The position numbers were made by a program, and so were the translations under genes. From sequence record ON529855.1: a stretch of 64,000 bases of DNA. One strand, 5' to 3'. Shown here one piece after another: positions 16,865 through 24,312 of this stretch; positions within the stretch are counted from its first letter, which is position 1, and every line of letters begins with the position of its first letter. Under the pieces are notes generated by a model. It was not told the origin of the DNA, did no database searches, and saw nothing but the letters and a program-made list of their open reading frames with translations.

Positions 16865-17680
16865 CTAAGCCTTGATTTTCGTACCGTCGTTCAGGGTGAA
16901 GGTGCGTTCGACCTTCGTGCCCAGTTGAACGTCGTCGCGGGGACGGTAGGGGTGTTTGTAGGCGGCGCCGCCGGGATCGAGCAGGGGCCGCTCGCGCACG
17001 GCGCGCCGGCCGTAGACGGCGGCGCAGGTGTCGCCGCAGAAGTCCGCGTCGAGGTAGGATTCTCCGTCCCAGGTCTCGAACCACCGCACATAGCCGGCTC
17101 GCTTCCGATCGGTGTCGCCATAGTCGTGGATCGCCACAACCCGTCGATTGGTGAGACGCTGGCAGTCCTCCAGCGATCGCGGATGGTTCGGCTCGATTGT
17201 GTGCTCGTAGCGGTAGTGATCGGTGCTCAGCCTCAGCGGCTTCGAGCACTGTCGGCAGGTCTTCACCTCGCCCGTCAGGTCGGCCTGCCAGTTGATGGTG
17301 ACCTTGGCGTAGGCCGCCTTATGCATGGCGCGCGCCTTCATGCGCGTCGGCGGCAGGGGCTTGCCCCCGCCATCCAGCAACACCGTCAGGTTCTTGCGCC
17401 AGGCATGGGTCAGCGCGGCGCCCACGCCGGCGCCGTAGAGCGCGTCGATCTTGGCTTCGGCGGCCTCGAACTTGGCGATCGTCGGCCGGTCGCTGAACAG
17501 CTTCTTCAAGCCGTGCCACGAGGCGTGCTCGTCCCGGTTCCAGTAGTTGCAACCCAGGCCGTTGAAGACCACCGCCGTGGGCGAGCGCATCATGATACGC
17601 ACGTCCGAACCAGGGAAGATCGACCCCGCGATTTGCGGGTGCGCCTTCTCGCTCGGGACGAAGACGATCTCGGGCGTCAT
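16865..17680 (-). CDS. hypothetical protein (271 aa) with Cys motifs (CRQC, FC..TC)
   Basis: Start re-assigned to ATG 17680. Confidence 0.7.
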   Translation of the reverse strand: MTPEIVFVPSEKAHPQIAGSIFPGSDVRIMMRSPTAVVFNGLGCNYWNRDEHASWHGLKKLFSDRPTIAKFEAAEAKIDALYGAGVGAALTHAWRKNLTVLLDGGGKPLPPTRMKARAMHKAAYAKVTINWQADLTGEVKTCRQCSKPLRLSTDHYRYEHTIEPNHPRSLEDCQRLTNRRVVAIHDYGDTDRKRAGYVRWFETWDGESYLDADFCGDTCAAVYGRRAVRERPLLDPGGAAYKHPYRPRDDVQLGTKVERTFTLNDGTKIKA

Positions 17681-17943
17681 GCGCAGCGCACCATGCCGTG
17701 CGGGGTCTGGCCCCATTCCAGCCAGGCGATGACCACCGCCTCCTTCATCAGGTCGGGATCGCTGACCTCGACCGAACGCACGCCGGCTTCGGTCATGAAC
17801 AGCTTGGCGGTCGCCGACCAGGGGACCTGCGTCTGGGTGACGGGATTGAAGGCCCGACCCTTGAAAGTCTGGATGCCGACCAGTTTGCGGGTCTTGGCGT
17901 CGCGGCGCCGGGCGAGAAAGGCGCGCAGCATCAGGCGGGCCAC
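17677..17943 (-). CDS. hypothetical protein (88 aa)
   Basis: ORF overlapping neighbours. Confidence 0.6.
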   Translation of the reverse strand: MARLMLRAFLARRRDAKTRKLVGIQTFKGRAFNPVTQTQVPWSATAKLFMTEAGVRSVEVSDPDLMKEAVVIAWLEWGQTPHGMVRCA

Positions 17944-18287
17944 AGCGAGACGGAGCCCGGATCGCGCCAGGACACTTCATAGCCGTGCTGTTGCGCCCAG
18001 GTCTCGATCAGCGGATGGACCCAGGGATCGAACGGGGCGAACTCGCCCTCGAACTGACCCAGATAGTGTGCGAAACCACGCCCATCTTCGGCCGAGATGA
18101 TGATCTCGCGGACGTCGTCCTGGGAGGCGAAGGCCGACGGGTGCAGGTCGCGGGTCTCCCATTCGGCCAGGCCGTCGGCCCCGGTCACTTCGTTGCCGTC
18201 GGCGTCGCGCTTCAGCTTGTAGAACGGGTCCACCACCGTCAGCTTTTTGAGCGATTCGACGGCGTCGTCGCGGGTCTTGAACGGCAT
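17931..18287 (-). CDS. hypothetical protein (118 aa)
   Basis: SD AGGAG; promoter upstream. Confidence 0.7.
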   Translation of the reverse strand: MPFKTRDDAVESLKKLTVVDPFYKLKRDADGNEVTGADGLAEWETRDLHPSAFASQDDVREIIISAEDGRGFAHYLGQFEGEFAPFDPWVHPLIETWAQQHGYEVSWRDPGSVSLWPA

Positions 18288-18316
18288 GGGCTTTCTCCTG
18301 TTCGTCGTCGACCTGG

Positions 18317-18345
18317 TGTGTAAAGGAATGTTCTGCGGCTGTCAA
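18317..18345 (-). promoter_or_regulatory. phage promoter with CATTCCTTTACA motif
   Basis: TTGACA-N17-TACACA. Confidence 0.75.
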
Positions 18346-18410
18346 CAGGGTGTTCACTCGTGCGCTCCGCGCCCTCGTGCCCGGCTCCGCCGGCCCCACC
18401 TTCGGTCAGG

Positions 18411-18956
18411 CTAGGCGGCGTATCGGTCGAGCATCCAGTGCAGGTCCATCGGCTCGAAGGCGTCGAACTCCTCGATCAGGTCGGCCGTCACGGGGAACAT
18501 GATCACTTCAGCCGAGGCGGGCGGGACGACGCTGCGGCGACTATCGGCCACGGCGCCCTTGCCGCGTCCGATGCTCTGGCGAGGCTTCACGCCGCGTTTC
18601 GGCTTGTAGGTCGCCTTGCGGCGCAGGGCGTTGCTCTGCTTGGACGTCTCGGCGGCGTCGGCCCGCTTCAACCCCAGGCGGTCGAGCCGGCCCAGGACGG
18701 CGCTGCGGCTGCGATTGCCCATGAGCAGGCTGATCTCCTGGGCGGTCTTGCCTTCGCGCCAGAGCCGTATCAGTTCGTCAACCTCGGTCTGCGGCCAGCC
18801 GTGGGTCGGCTTTTTCGGCTGAGCGGCCCTGCGGGCCTGGACCTTTGCGATCCGACGCAGTTCTGCCCGCTCCTGCGGATCGGCGGGGACCTCCATGTCG
18901 TCCCAGTCGCCAGAGCCGCGCCAGTCTCGGCTCGGATCGCCTTCCAGAAGCGTCAT
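18411..18956 (-). CDS. gcrA: GcrA-like cell-cycle regulator (N-terminal GcrA domain only)
   Basis: WPQTEVDELIRLWREGKTAQEISLLMGNRSRSAVLGRLDRLGL matches the GcrA N-terminal HTH pattern; no C-terminal CxWP..DP domain. Confidence 0.75.
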   Translation of the reverse strand: MTLLEGDPSRDWRGSGDWDDMEVPADPQERAELRRIAKVQARRAAQPKKPTHGWPQTEVDELIRLWREGKTAQEISLLMGNRSRSAVLGRLDRLGLKRADAAETSKQSNALRRKATYKPKRGVKPRQSIGRGKGAVADSRRSVVPPASAEVIMFPVTADLIEEFDAFEPMDLHWMLDRYAA

Positions 18957-20263
18957 CACCCCGCCAACCCGACTTCCGGCAGGCGCGGGCGCAGGTAGGG
19001 GACCAGAATGGCCGGCATGTCGACGCCGCCGTCGTCGGTCTGATGGTTCTCGAACAGCGCCGCCAGGGTGCGGCCGACCGCCAGGCCGGAGCCGTTCAGG
19101 CTGTGCAGGTAGCCCAGCTTGCCGTCCGCCTGGCGATAGCGGCCCTTCATCCGCCGGGTCTGGAAGTCGCCGCACCAGGAGATCGAAGCGATCTCGACAT
19201 AGCGTTGCTGGCTGGGCATCCAGACTTCCAGGTCGATGGTCTTGCGGGCGGCGAAGCCCATGTCGCCGGCCGCGAGCAGCACCTTGCGATAGGGCAGTTC
19301 GAGGTATTGCAGGACCGCCTCGGCGCAGGCGACCTTGCGATCGAACTCAGCCTCGGCCTGTTCGGGCTCGACCAGGGAGACCAATTCCACCTTCATGAAC
19401 TGATGTTGGCGGATCAGGCCGGTGGTGTCGCGGCCGGCGGCGCCGGCTTCGGCGCGGAAACAGGGCGTCAGGGCGGTGAACCGCAGCGGCAGGGCCTCGC
19501 GCTCGGTGGTCTGCTCGCGCGCCAGGTTGGTCAGCGGCACCTCGCCGGTGGGGATCAGCAGGTTGCCGTCCGTCAATTGGAAAAGGTCGTCCTTGAACTT
19601 CGGCCACTGCCCGGTGGCGTACATGACGTTGGGCTTGACGATGCACGGGACCGACTTTTCGACGTAGCCGTGCCGGTGCACATGCAGGTCGAGCATGAAC
19701 TGGCCCAGGGCGCGCTCAACGCTGGCGAAGGCCCCCGACAGGACGGCGTAGCGCGATCCGCTCAGCCAACCGGCGACGGCGCTGTCGTAGCTGTTCCCGG
19801 CCAGGGTGACATGGTCCTTGGGCTCGACATAGGCGCGGCGCTGGCCCCATTCGCTGATGACGATGTTGTTCGCTTCGCCGCCCTCGGGGATGTCCTCGGC
19901 AGGCAGGTTCGGCAGTAGGTCGACCAGGCCTTCGCGGGTCTTGTAAAGGGCGTCTTCCTGCTTCGCCAACCGCTCCAGGCGCGGTTTGATCTCGGCCATG
20001 CGGGCGCGCAGGGTCTCTTCCTCGGACGGGGGCGCATCGTCTTCCCGCGCCGCCACGGGCCGAACGTCCCGGCGGAGTTCACCGATCCGGGTCGAGATAG
20101 CGTTGCGCTCGGTCTGAAGCGCCTGGAGTTCGGTGCGGGTCGCCTGGAGGTCGCGATGCGCCGCGCGGGCGTCGTCGACGATGGTCTTCACAGCCCCGCC
20201 GCGTTTGGCGATCGCCGCGACGACAGCGTCGGGTTCATTGTCGATCAGGTGAAAATCAAGCAT
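18956..20263 (-). CDS. serS: seryl-tRNA synthetase
   Basis: N-terminal coiled arm; LIPTGEVPL; motif 2 FRAEAGAAGRDTTGLIRQHQFMKVEL; motif 3 LNGSGLAVGRTLAAL. Confidence 0.95.
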   Translation of the reverse strand: MLDFHLIDNEPDAVVAAIAKRGGAVKTIVDDARAAHRDLQATRTELQALQTERNAISTRIGELRRDVRPVAAREDDAPPSEEETLRARMAEIKPRLERLAKQEDALYKTREGLVDLLPNLPAEDIPEGGEANNIVISEWGQRRAYVEPKDHVTLAGNSYDSAVAGWLSGSRYAVLSGAFASVERALGQFMLDLHVHRHGYVEKSVPCIVKPNVMYATGQWPKFKDDLFQLTDGNLLIPTGEVPLTNLAREQTTEREALPLRFTALTPCFRAEAGAAGRDTTGLIRQHQFMKVELVSLVEPEQAEAEFDRKVACAEAVLQYLELPYRKVLLAAGDMGFAARKTIDLEVWMPSQQRYVEIASISWCGDFQTRRMKGRYRQADGKLGYLHSLNGSGLAVGRTLAALFENHQTDDGGVDMPAILVPYLRPRLPEVGLAG

Positions 20264-20822
20264 CGTCGTTCTCGTCGTCGGGTGCGAAGGTCGGCTCGAT
20301 CTTCACGATCTCGCCCTGGGCGTCCAGCAGATAGGCCTGCTGTCCGATGGCGGGCGCCGTCTTGGCGAAGGCCTGCGCCTCTTCGAGGGTATTGAACACG
20401 GCGCGCGTGAGGCGCCAGCCCCAGAAAATTTCATCCAGTGACGGCGGGCTCCGATCAGAGCACCGCAACCGGTAGGGCGTGTGGAGGTGCGCCTTCATCA
20501 AGCCCCATTGACCGGTCTCCTGATCCTGCACCACGCGCCACGGCACGGGAGGCCCCTGCTCGCGCAGCGCCGCCTCCCGCTGATCCGAAGCGGCCTCGTA
20601 TTCGTCCCAGCGGCGTTCGTCGATCTTGCGCCGCTCCTGGTCACGGCGGTGGCTTTCCGACCTGCGCAGGTCTTGCTCGGCGGAAGCTTCGCGGCGCTCG
20701 GCTTCGACCTGGGAGTCATAGGCGGCCCAGGCGTCCCGTTTGTGGTTGCGCCAGACGATCACGCCGAGCGGCACGAATATGGCGGCGACGCCGACGGCGA
20801 TCCCCAGCAGTTGAGCCTGCAT
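20256..20822 (-). CDS. membrane-anchored hypothetical protein (188 aa)
   Basis: N-terminal TM helix followed by charged coiled coil. Confidence 0.7.
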   Translation of the reverse strand: MQAQLLGIAVGVAAIFVPLGVIVWRNHKRDAWAAYDSQVEAERREASAEQDLRRSESHRRDQERRKIDERRWDEYEAASDQREAALREQGPPVPWRVVQDQETGQWGLMKAHLHTPYRLRCSDRSPPSLDEIFWGWRLTRAVFNTLEEAQAFAKTAPAIGQQAYLLDAQGEIVKIEPTFAPDDENDDA

Positions 20823-21367
20823 CAGGTCTTTCCCTTGATTCGCGCCACAGCGGCGTCATGCCGGGCCTGCATGTCGGCGAGCGCGGCGGGTGTGGTGAGT
20901 TTGCGGAAGACCCGCGCGTGGTGACGTTCGTCAGGCAGGGCCGACGCCAGAAAGCCCTTGATGTCGGCCGGCGTGCCCTCGTGGTCGAGCAGGACCTGGA
21001 AGCGCTCGGCCGCCAGGTGTTCGCCCATGTAGAAGACGGCCGCGCAGGTCTCCAGGCTGACCACGCCCTTGTCCATGTCCTCCCAGTAGGTGCTCTCGGG
21101 CGGAGCCTCGGCGATCGGCCAGGCCCCGCGTCCGATCAGGATCGTCTCCAGCAGGGCGGCGTGACGCAGTTCGTCGTCGCCGGTCTTCATGAAGATGTTC
21201 ATGACGCCGAGGTTGCCGCCGCTCCAGCGTTTGGCGGCCTGATAGTTGTCCTCAAAGCCGCCGTGTTCGGTCGCCCACAGCTTCTGGAGCCAGCGGATCA
21301 TGCGGGCGTCGTCGGCCAGCAGCTTGTCCCACCATTGACGGGTGAAGGCGTAATCTTCCGGGGTCAT
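20822..21367 (-). CDS. ferritin-like (di-iron four-helix bundle) protein
   Basis: ATEH, DELRHA, GEHLA, DERHHA: paired ExxH motifs. Confidence 0.75.
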   Translation of the reverse strand: MTPEDYAFTRQWWDKLLADDARMIRWLQKLWATEHGGFEDNYQAAKRWSGGNLGVMNIFMKTGDDELRHAALLETILIGRGAWPIAEAPPESTYWEDMDKGVVSLETCAAVFYMGEHLAAERFQVLLDHEGTPADIKGFLASALPDERHHARVFRKLTTPAALADMQARHDAAVARIKGKT

Positions 21368-22011
21368 GCGACGACGTGCGCCGGCAAGAGGGCGATCGAC
21401 GGGGCGCCGAGCGGGTGACCCGTGGCGTTGTAGCCCCAGGCTGTATCCCCTGGATGGAGGCAGACCCCCAGCCAGCGCTCCGCATCGGGCGCCGTCGGGA
21501 AGCTGTGGCGCGTTTCGATCCGCGTATAGTGGGACGTGTATTGAGGCGCCTCCGCCGGCGGCGCCTCCGTATAGAAGGAGTGGTGCTTGCCGTGCTGGTC
21601 ATAGGCGTATTCATACGGACGGAAGGCGCGATCGCCGTGGACCTCCCGTTTGAAGACGTAGTAGTTGGGATAGTCCGCACCGGTCGCCATGCGGATGATG
21701 TAGGCGGGGTCGGTGGTTTCGGCCTTAAAGGCGTCGCGCGCCGCTTCCACACGCTTGTCGTAGGCCTCCCACAGGGGCTCGACTTCCTCATGCCGCGCAC
21801 GCAGGCGCTCAAACTTCAGACGCGCGGCCTCGTCGCTGGCGGCCTCCGCCGCCTTCCTGGCCTGAGCCTCGATCCAGGCCCGGTGGAACTTGCCGCTATG
21901 GTAACCGGCATAGAAGACGCCGAGGCTGACCAGGAGGCCCAGGAAAATAGAAAGGTAGATGTTCACGGAAGCCCCGATGTCAGTTTTCGCGACACTAGCT
22001 GTCGCGATCAC
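21364..22011 (-). CDS. membrane-anchored hypothetical protein (~200-215 aa)
   Basis: TM helix IYLSIFLGLLVSLGVFYAGY; true start possibly GTG near 21966. Confidence 0.65.
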   Translation of the reverse strand: MIATASVAKTDIGASVNIYLSIFLGLLVSLGVFYAGYHSGKFHRAWIEAQARKAAEAASDEAARLKFERLRARHEEVEPLWEAYDKRVEAARDAFKAETTDPAYIIRMATGADYPNYYVFKREVHGDRAFRPYEYAYDQHGKHHSFYTEAPPAEAPQYTSHYTRIETRHSFPTAPDAERWLGVCLHPGDTAWGYNATGHPLGAPSIALLPAHVVA

Positions 22012-22017
22012 TGGCTG

Positions 22018-22656
22018 TCAACGCTCGGGGTCAGGAAAATCTTTCCGCAGGATCGCCTCCAGGATGGGCTTGAGGTCCTCGACGTCGCGGGCCTCGGCGA
22101 GTTGCGCGCGCAACTCCCGCCCGCGCAGAATGGCCCTGGCCTGATTGTAGGAGACGCCCAGCCTGGCGCTGAGCGCCTTCACCTCGGGCAGGGCGACGCG
22201 CGACCGACCGATCGGGGTGACGTCCTCAGCGGGATAGTCCGCCGATCCGCCGCCCTGGAACACCACCATGCGCCGCCCCAGGGTTTCGGCGACAAAGACG
22301 CCCTTGCCCCAGTCGTCACGCTCGCGGATGTAGATGCGCACCTTGGCTCCAGGCGTCAGGCCGTCCTCGGTCTCGGTCTTGATCTCGTGCGGGTAGGGAT
22401 CAGCGTTTTCCAGCCGTTCGATCTGGTGCGCCGGCCAGTTGGCGATCCAGGGTCCAGCCTTATGCGCCACCAGGGGCGCGCACAGGAAGGCCGGCCCTTC
22501 GGGCGCGCCCGGATAGCGCGCCACGACCCAGCCGCGCGCGTGTTCATACCCGTCGGAGAGGACCACCCGCGCCGCCTCGCCGACAAGGGGCGCACGGCCC
22601 TGGGGGGACCACACGGGGCGACGGCTGGGTTCGTTGCGGGATTTCGAGCGGAACAT
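22018..22656 (-). CDS. hypothetical protein with SH3/Tudor-like beta-barrels (212 aa)
   Basis: GAKVRIY..DW.KGVFV....RRMVVF...SADY pattern; start uncertain. Confidence 0.55.
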   Translation of the reverse strand: MFRSKSRNEPSRRPVWSPQGRAPLVGEAARVVLSDGYEHARGWVVARYPGAPEGPAFLCAPLVAHKAGPWIANWPAHQIERLENADPYPHEIKTETEDGLTPGAKVRIYIRERDDWGKGVFVAETLGRRMVVFQGGGSADYPAEDVTPIGRSRVALPEVKALSARLGVSYNQARAILRGRELRAQLAEARDVEDLKPILEAILRKDFPDPER

Positions 22657-22669
22657 GCGTATAAGTCCC

Positions 22670-23119
22670 CTAGTGCAGGGTGCTGCGCGGAAACGCGTCC
22701 AGCGCCTTGATCGCGACGGCCATCGCCTGAGCCACATCAGGCGCGCAGCAGATTTCCACATCTTCATTGCAGTCGCAGAAAACGATGGCCTCGACCCTGT
22801 CTCGGAGATCGCGTTCCACGGTGATGATGTAGCCGTCCTGATCAAGGCCGGGGATGTCGTCGGAGACGAAGACCACCGTTGCGCTGTCGGGCGCCGGCGC
22901 CAAGGGACGCAGGAACAACGTCTGGACCATGTCGGCGAACAGCAAGGCCACCTCGATCGGAGCCTGCAAGATGTCGCCTTCGGCGTGATCGATGATCGCC
23001 ACCGCGTCGATCCGGCCCGAACCCTCACGCGCCGTCTTGATCTCGAAGCCCTCTTCCAGGCCCTCGGGGTCTTCATTCGACGCATAAATCGTGGACACAG
23101 CGTACTCGATGAAAATCAT
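22670..23119 (-). CDS. acidic hypothetical protein (149 aa)
   Basis: SD AAGGAG. Confidence 0.65.
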   Translation of the reverse strand: MIFIEYAVSTIYASNEDPEGLEEGFEIKTAREGSGRIDAVAIIDHAEGDILQAPIEVALLFADMVQTLFLRPLAPAPDSATVVFVSDDIPGLDQDGYIITVERDLRDRVEAIVFCDCNEDVEICCAPDVAQAMAVAIKALDAFPRSTLH

Positions 23120-23151
23120 CCGGTCTCCTTGGCTTGCGTTCGTTGACAGAA

Positions 23152-23712
23152 CTAGCGCTTATGCTTGCGCGTGTCGGCGCGGTCAAGCGCCTTCTTCCAT
23201 AGATCGAGCATACTGCGCTGAATGGAGGCCAGCCCGCGCAGTTCCTGAGGCGTGAGCACGATCCCGTCCAGAATCCCCGTCTTGCGCAGCGACTTGAAGC
23301 CGGGCGCGCGCTCGAACTCGGAGGCCGACTTCTCGATCTGATCGATGGCGTTCAGACGTTCGGAGGCCGCCGCCAAGCCCTCACGCGCCGCATCCTGGAA
23401 GGCGTAATAAAGGCCCTCTGGCAGATCGATCCGGCAATAGACCTCACCGGCCTCGTCGCCGCCCGCCTCGTAGAATTGCGGTGTGAACGCCGGTTCCCAA
23501 CGATCCGCTTCCGTGGGGCGGCGAATCACCTTGAGACCCTGCGTGCGCAGCAGCGCGACGATGGCGTCCTCGATCTCCACAGGCGTCGGAGCCGCCTGAT
23601 CCTGCACGCCGGCGACATCCTGCTCCAGGTGAGACGGGTAGGACAGCATCCACCCCCGATCCTTCAGATGGCGGCGAAGCGTGTGGATATGCGGCGTCAA
23701 CGCTTCATCCAT
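23152..23712 (-). CDS. hypothetical protein (186 aa)
   Basis: ORF; SD GGAGG. Confidence 0.65.
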   Translation of the reverse strand: MDEALTPHIHTLRRHLKDRGWMLSYPSHLEQDVAGVQDQAAPTPVEIEDAIVALLRTQGLKVIRRPTEADRWEPAFTPQFYEAGGDEAGEVYCRIDLPEGLYYAFQDAAREGLAAASERLNAIDQIEKSASEFERAPGFKSLRKTGILDGIVLTPQELRGLASIQRSMLDLWKKALDRADTRKHKR

Positions 23713-23861
23713 CGCGCCACCTCCCAGACCACGAACATCAGCAGGCCGATGAGGCTGCCCTGGACCAAGGAACGCGCCAGCCAGCCGATGGTGTTGAGCC
23801 CCAGCATCAGGACGATGCCGAGCAGAATGCAGATGACCAGGCCGGTCAGGTGAGTCTTCAA
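23697..23861 (-). CDS. 54-aa two-TM membrane microprotein (MKTHLTGLVICILLGIVLMLG...)
   Basis: AAGGAG SD; TTGA overlap with XRE gene stop; not in ORF track. Confidence 0.6.
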   Translation of the reverse strand: MKTHLTGLVICILLGIVLMLGLNTIGWLARSLVQGSLIGLLMFVVWEVARWMKR

Positions 23862-24304
23862 GACTTGGGCTCCTTCAGTTCAGTGAGGGACGTCACCAGG
23901 GCGGCGACGACCTTGCGGCGCCCCGGCGACAGGGCGGTGAAATCGGCCAGCAGCTTGACGCCGCCCTGGGCCAGCAGGGCCGAGTGCTCATCCATGAGGG
24001 CGGGGTCCGTCGCCGGGAAATTCGACGACGGGTCCTTGTAGAAGTAGTTGGGCGAGACCTGGAGGGTCTCGGCCAACAGGTGAATCGTGCCCGCCATCAG
24101 TCGATTCTCGCCCGATTCGTATTTGGCGATCTGCTGCGGCGTCAGATTCATCTTCAACGCCAGAGCCTTCTGCGTCAGTCCGATTTCGGTGCGGCGCGTC
24201 AGCAGTCGCGTGGCGATGCGCCGGTCCACCTCGGCGGTGATGTAGCGCTCGCCGTTCTTGCGTCCGGTCGAGACCTTCTTGGGCTTCTGGGGATTGTCAG
24301 TCAT
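23858..24304 (-). CDS. XRE-family HTH transcriptional regulator (alphaproteobacterial type)
   Basis: VDRRIATRL..RR..IGLTQ..LA..MNLTPQQIAKYESGENRL...IHLLAETLQVSPNYFY. Confidence 0.9.
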   Translation of the reverse strand: MTDNPQKPKKVSTGRKNGERYITAEVDRRIATRLLTRRTEIGLTQKALALKMNLTPQQIAKYESGENRLMAGTIHLLAETLQVSPNYFYKDPSSNFPATDPALMDEHSALLAQGGVKLLADFTALSPGRRKVVAALVTSLTELKEPKS

Positions 24305-24312
24305 GGATACTC

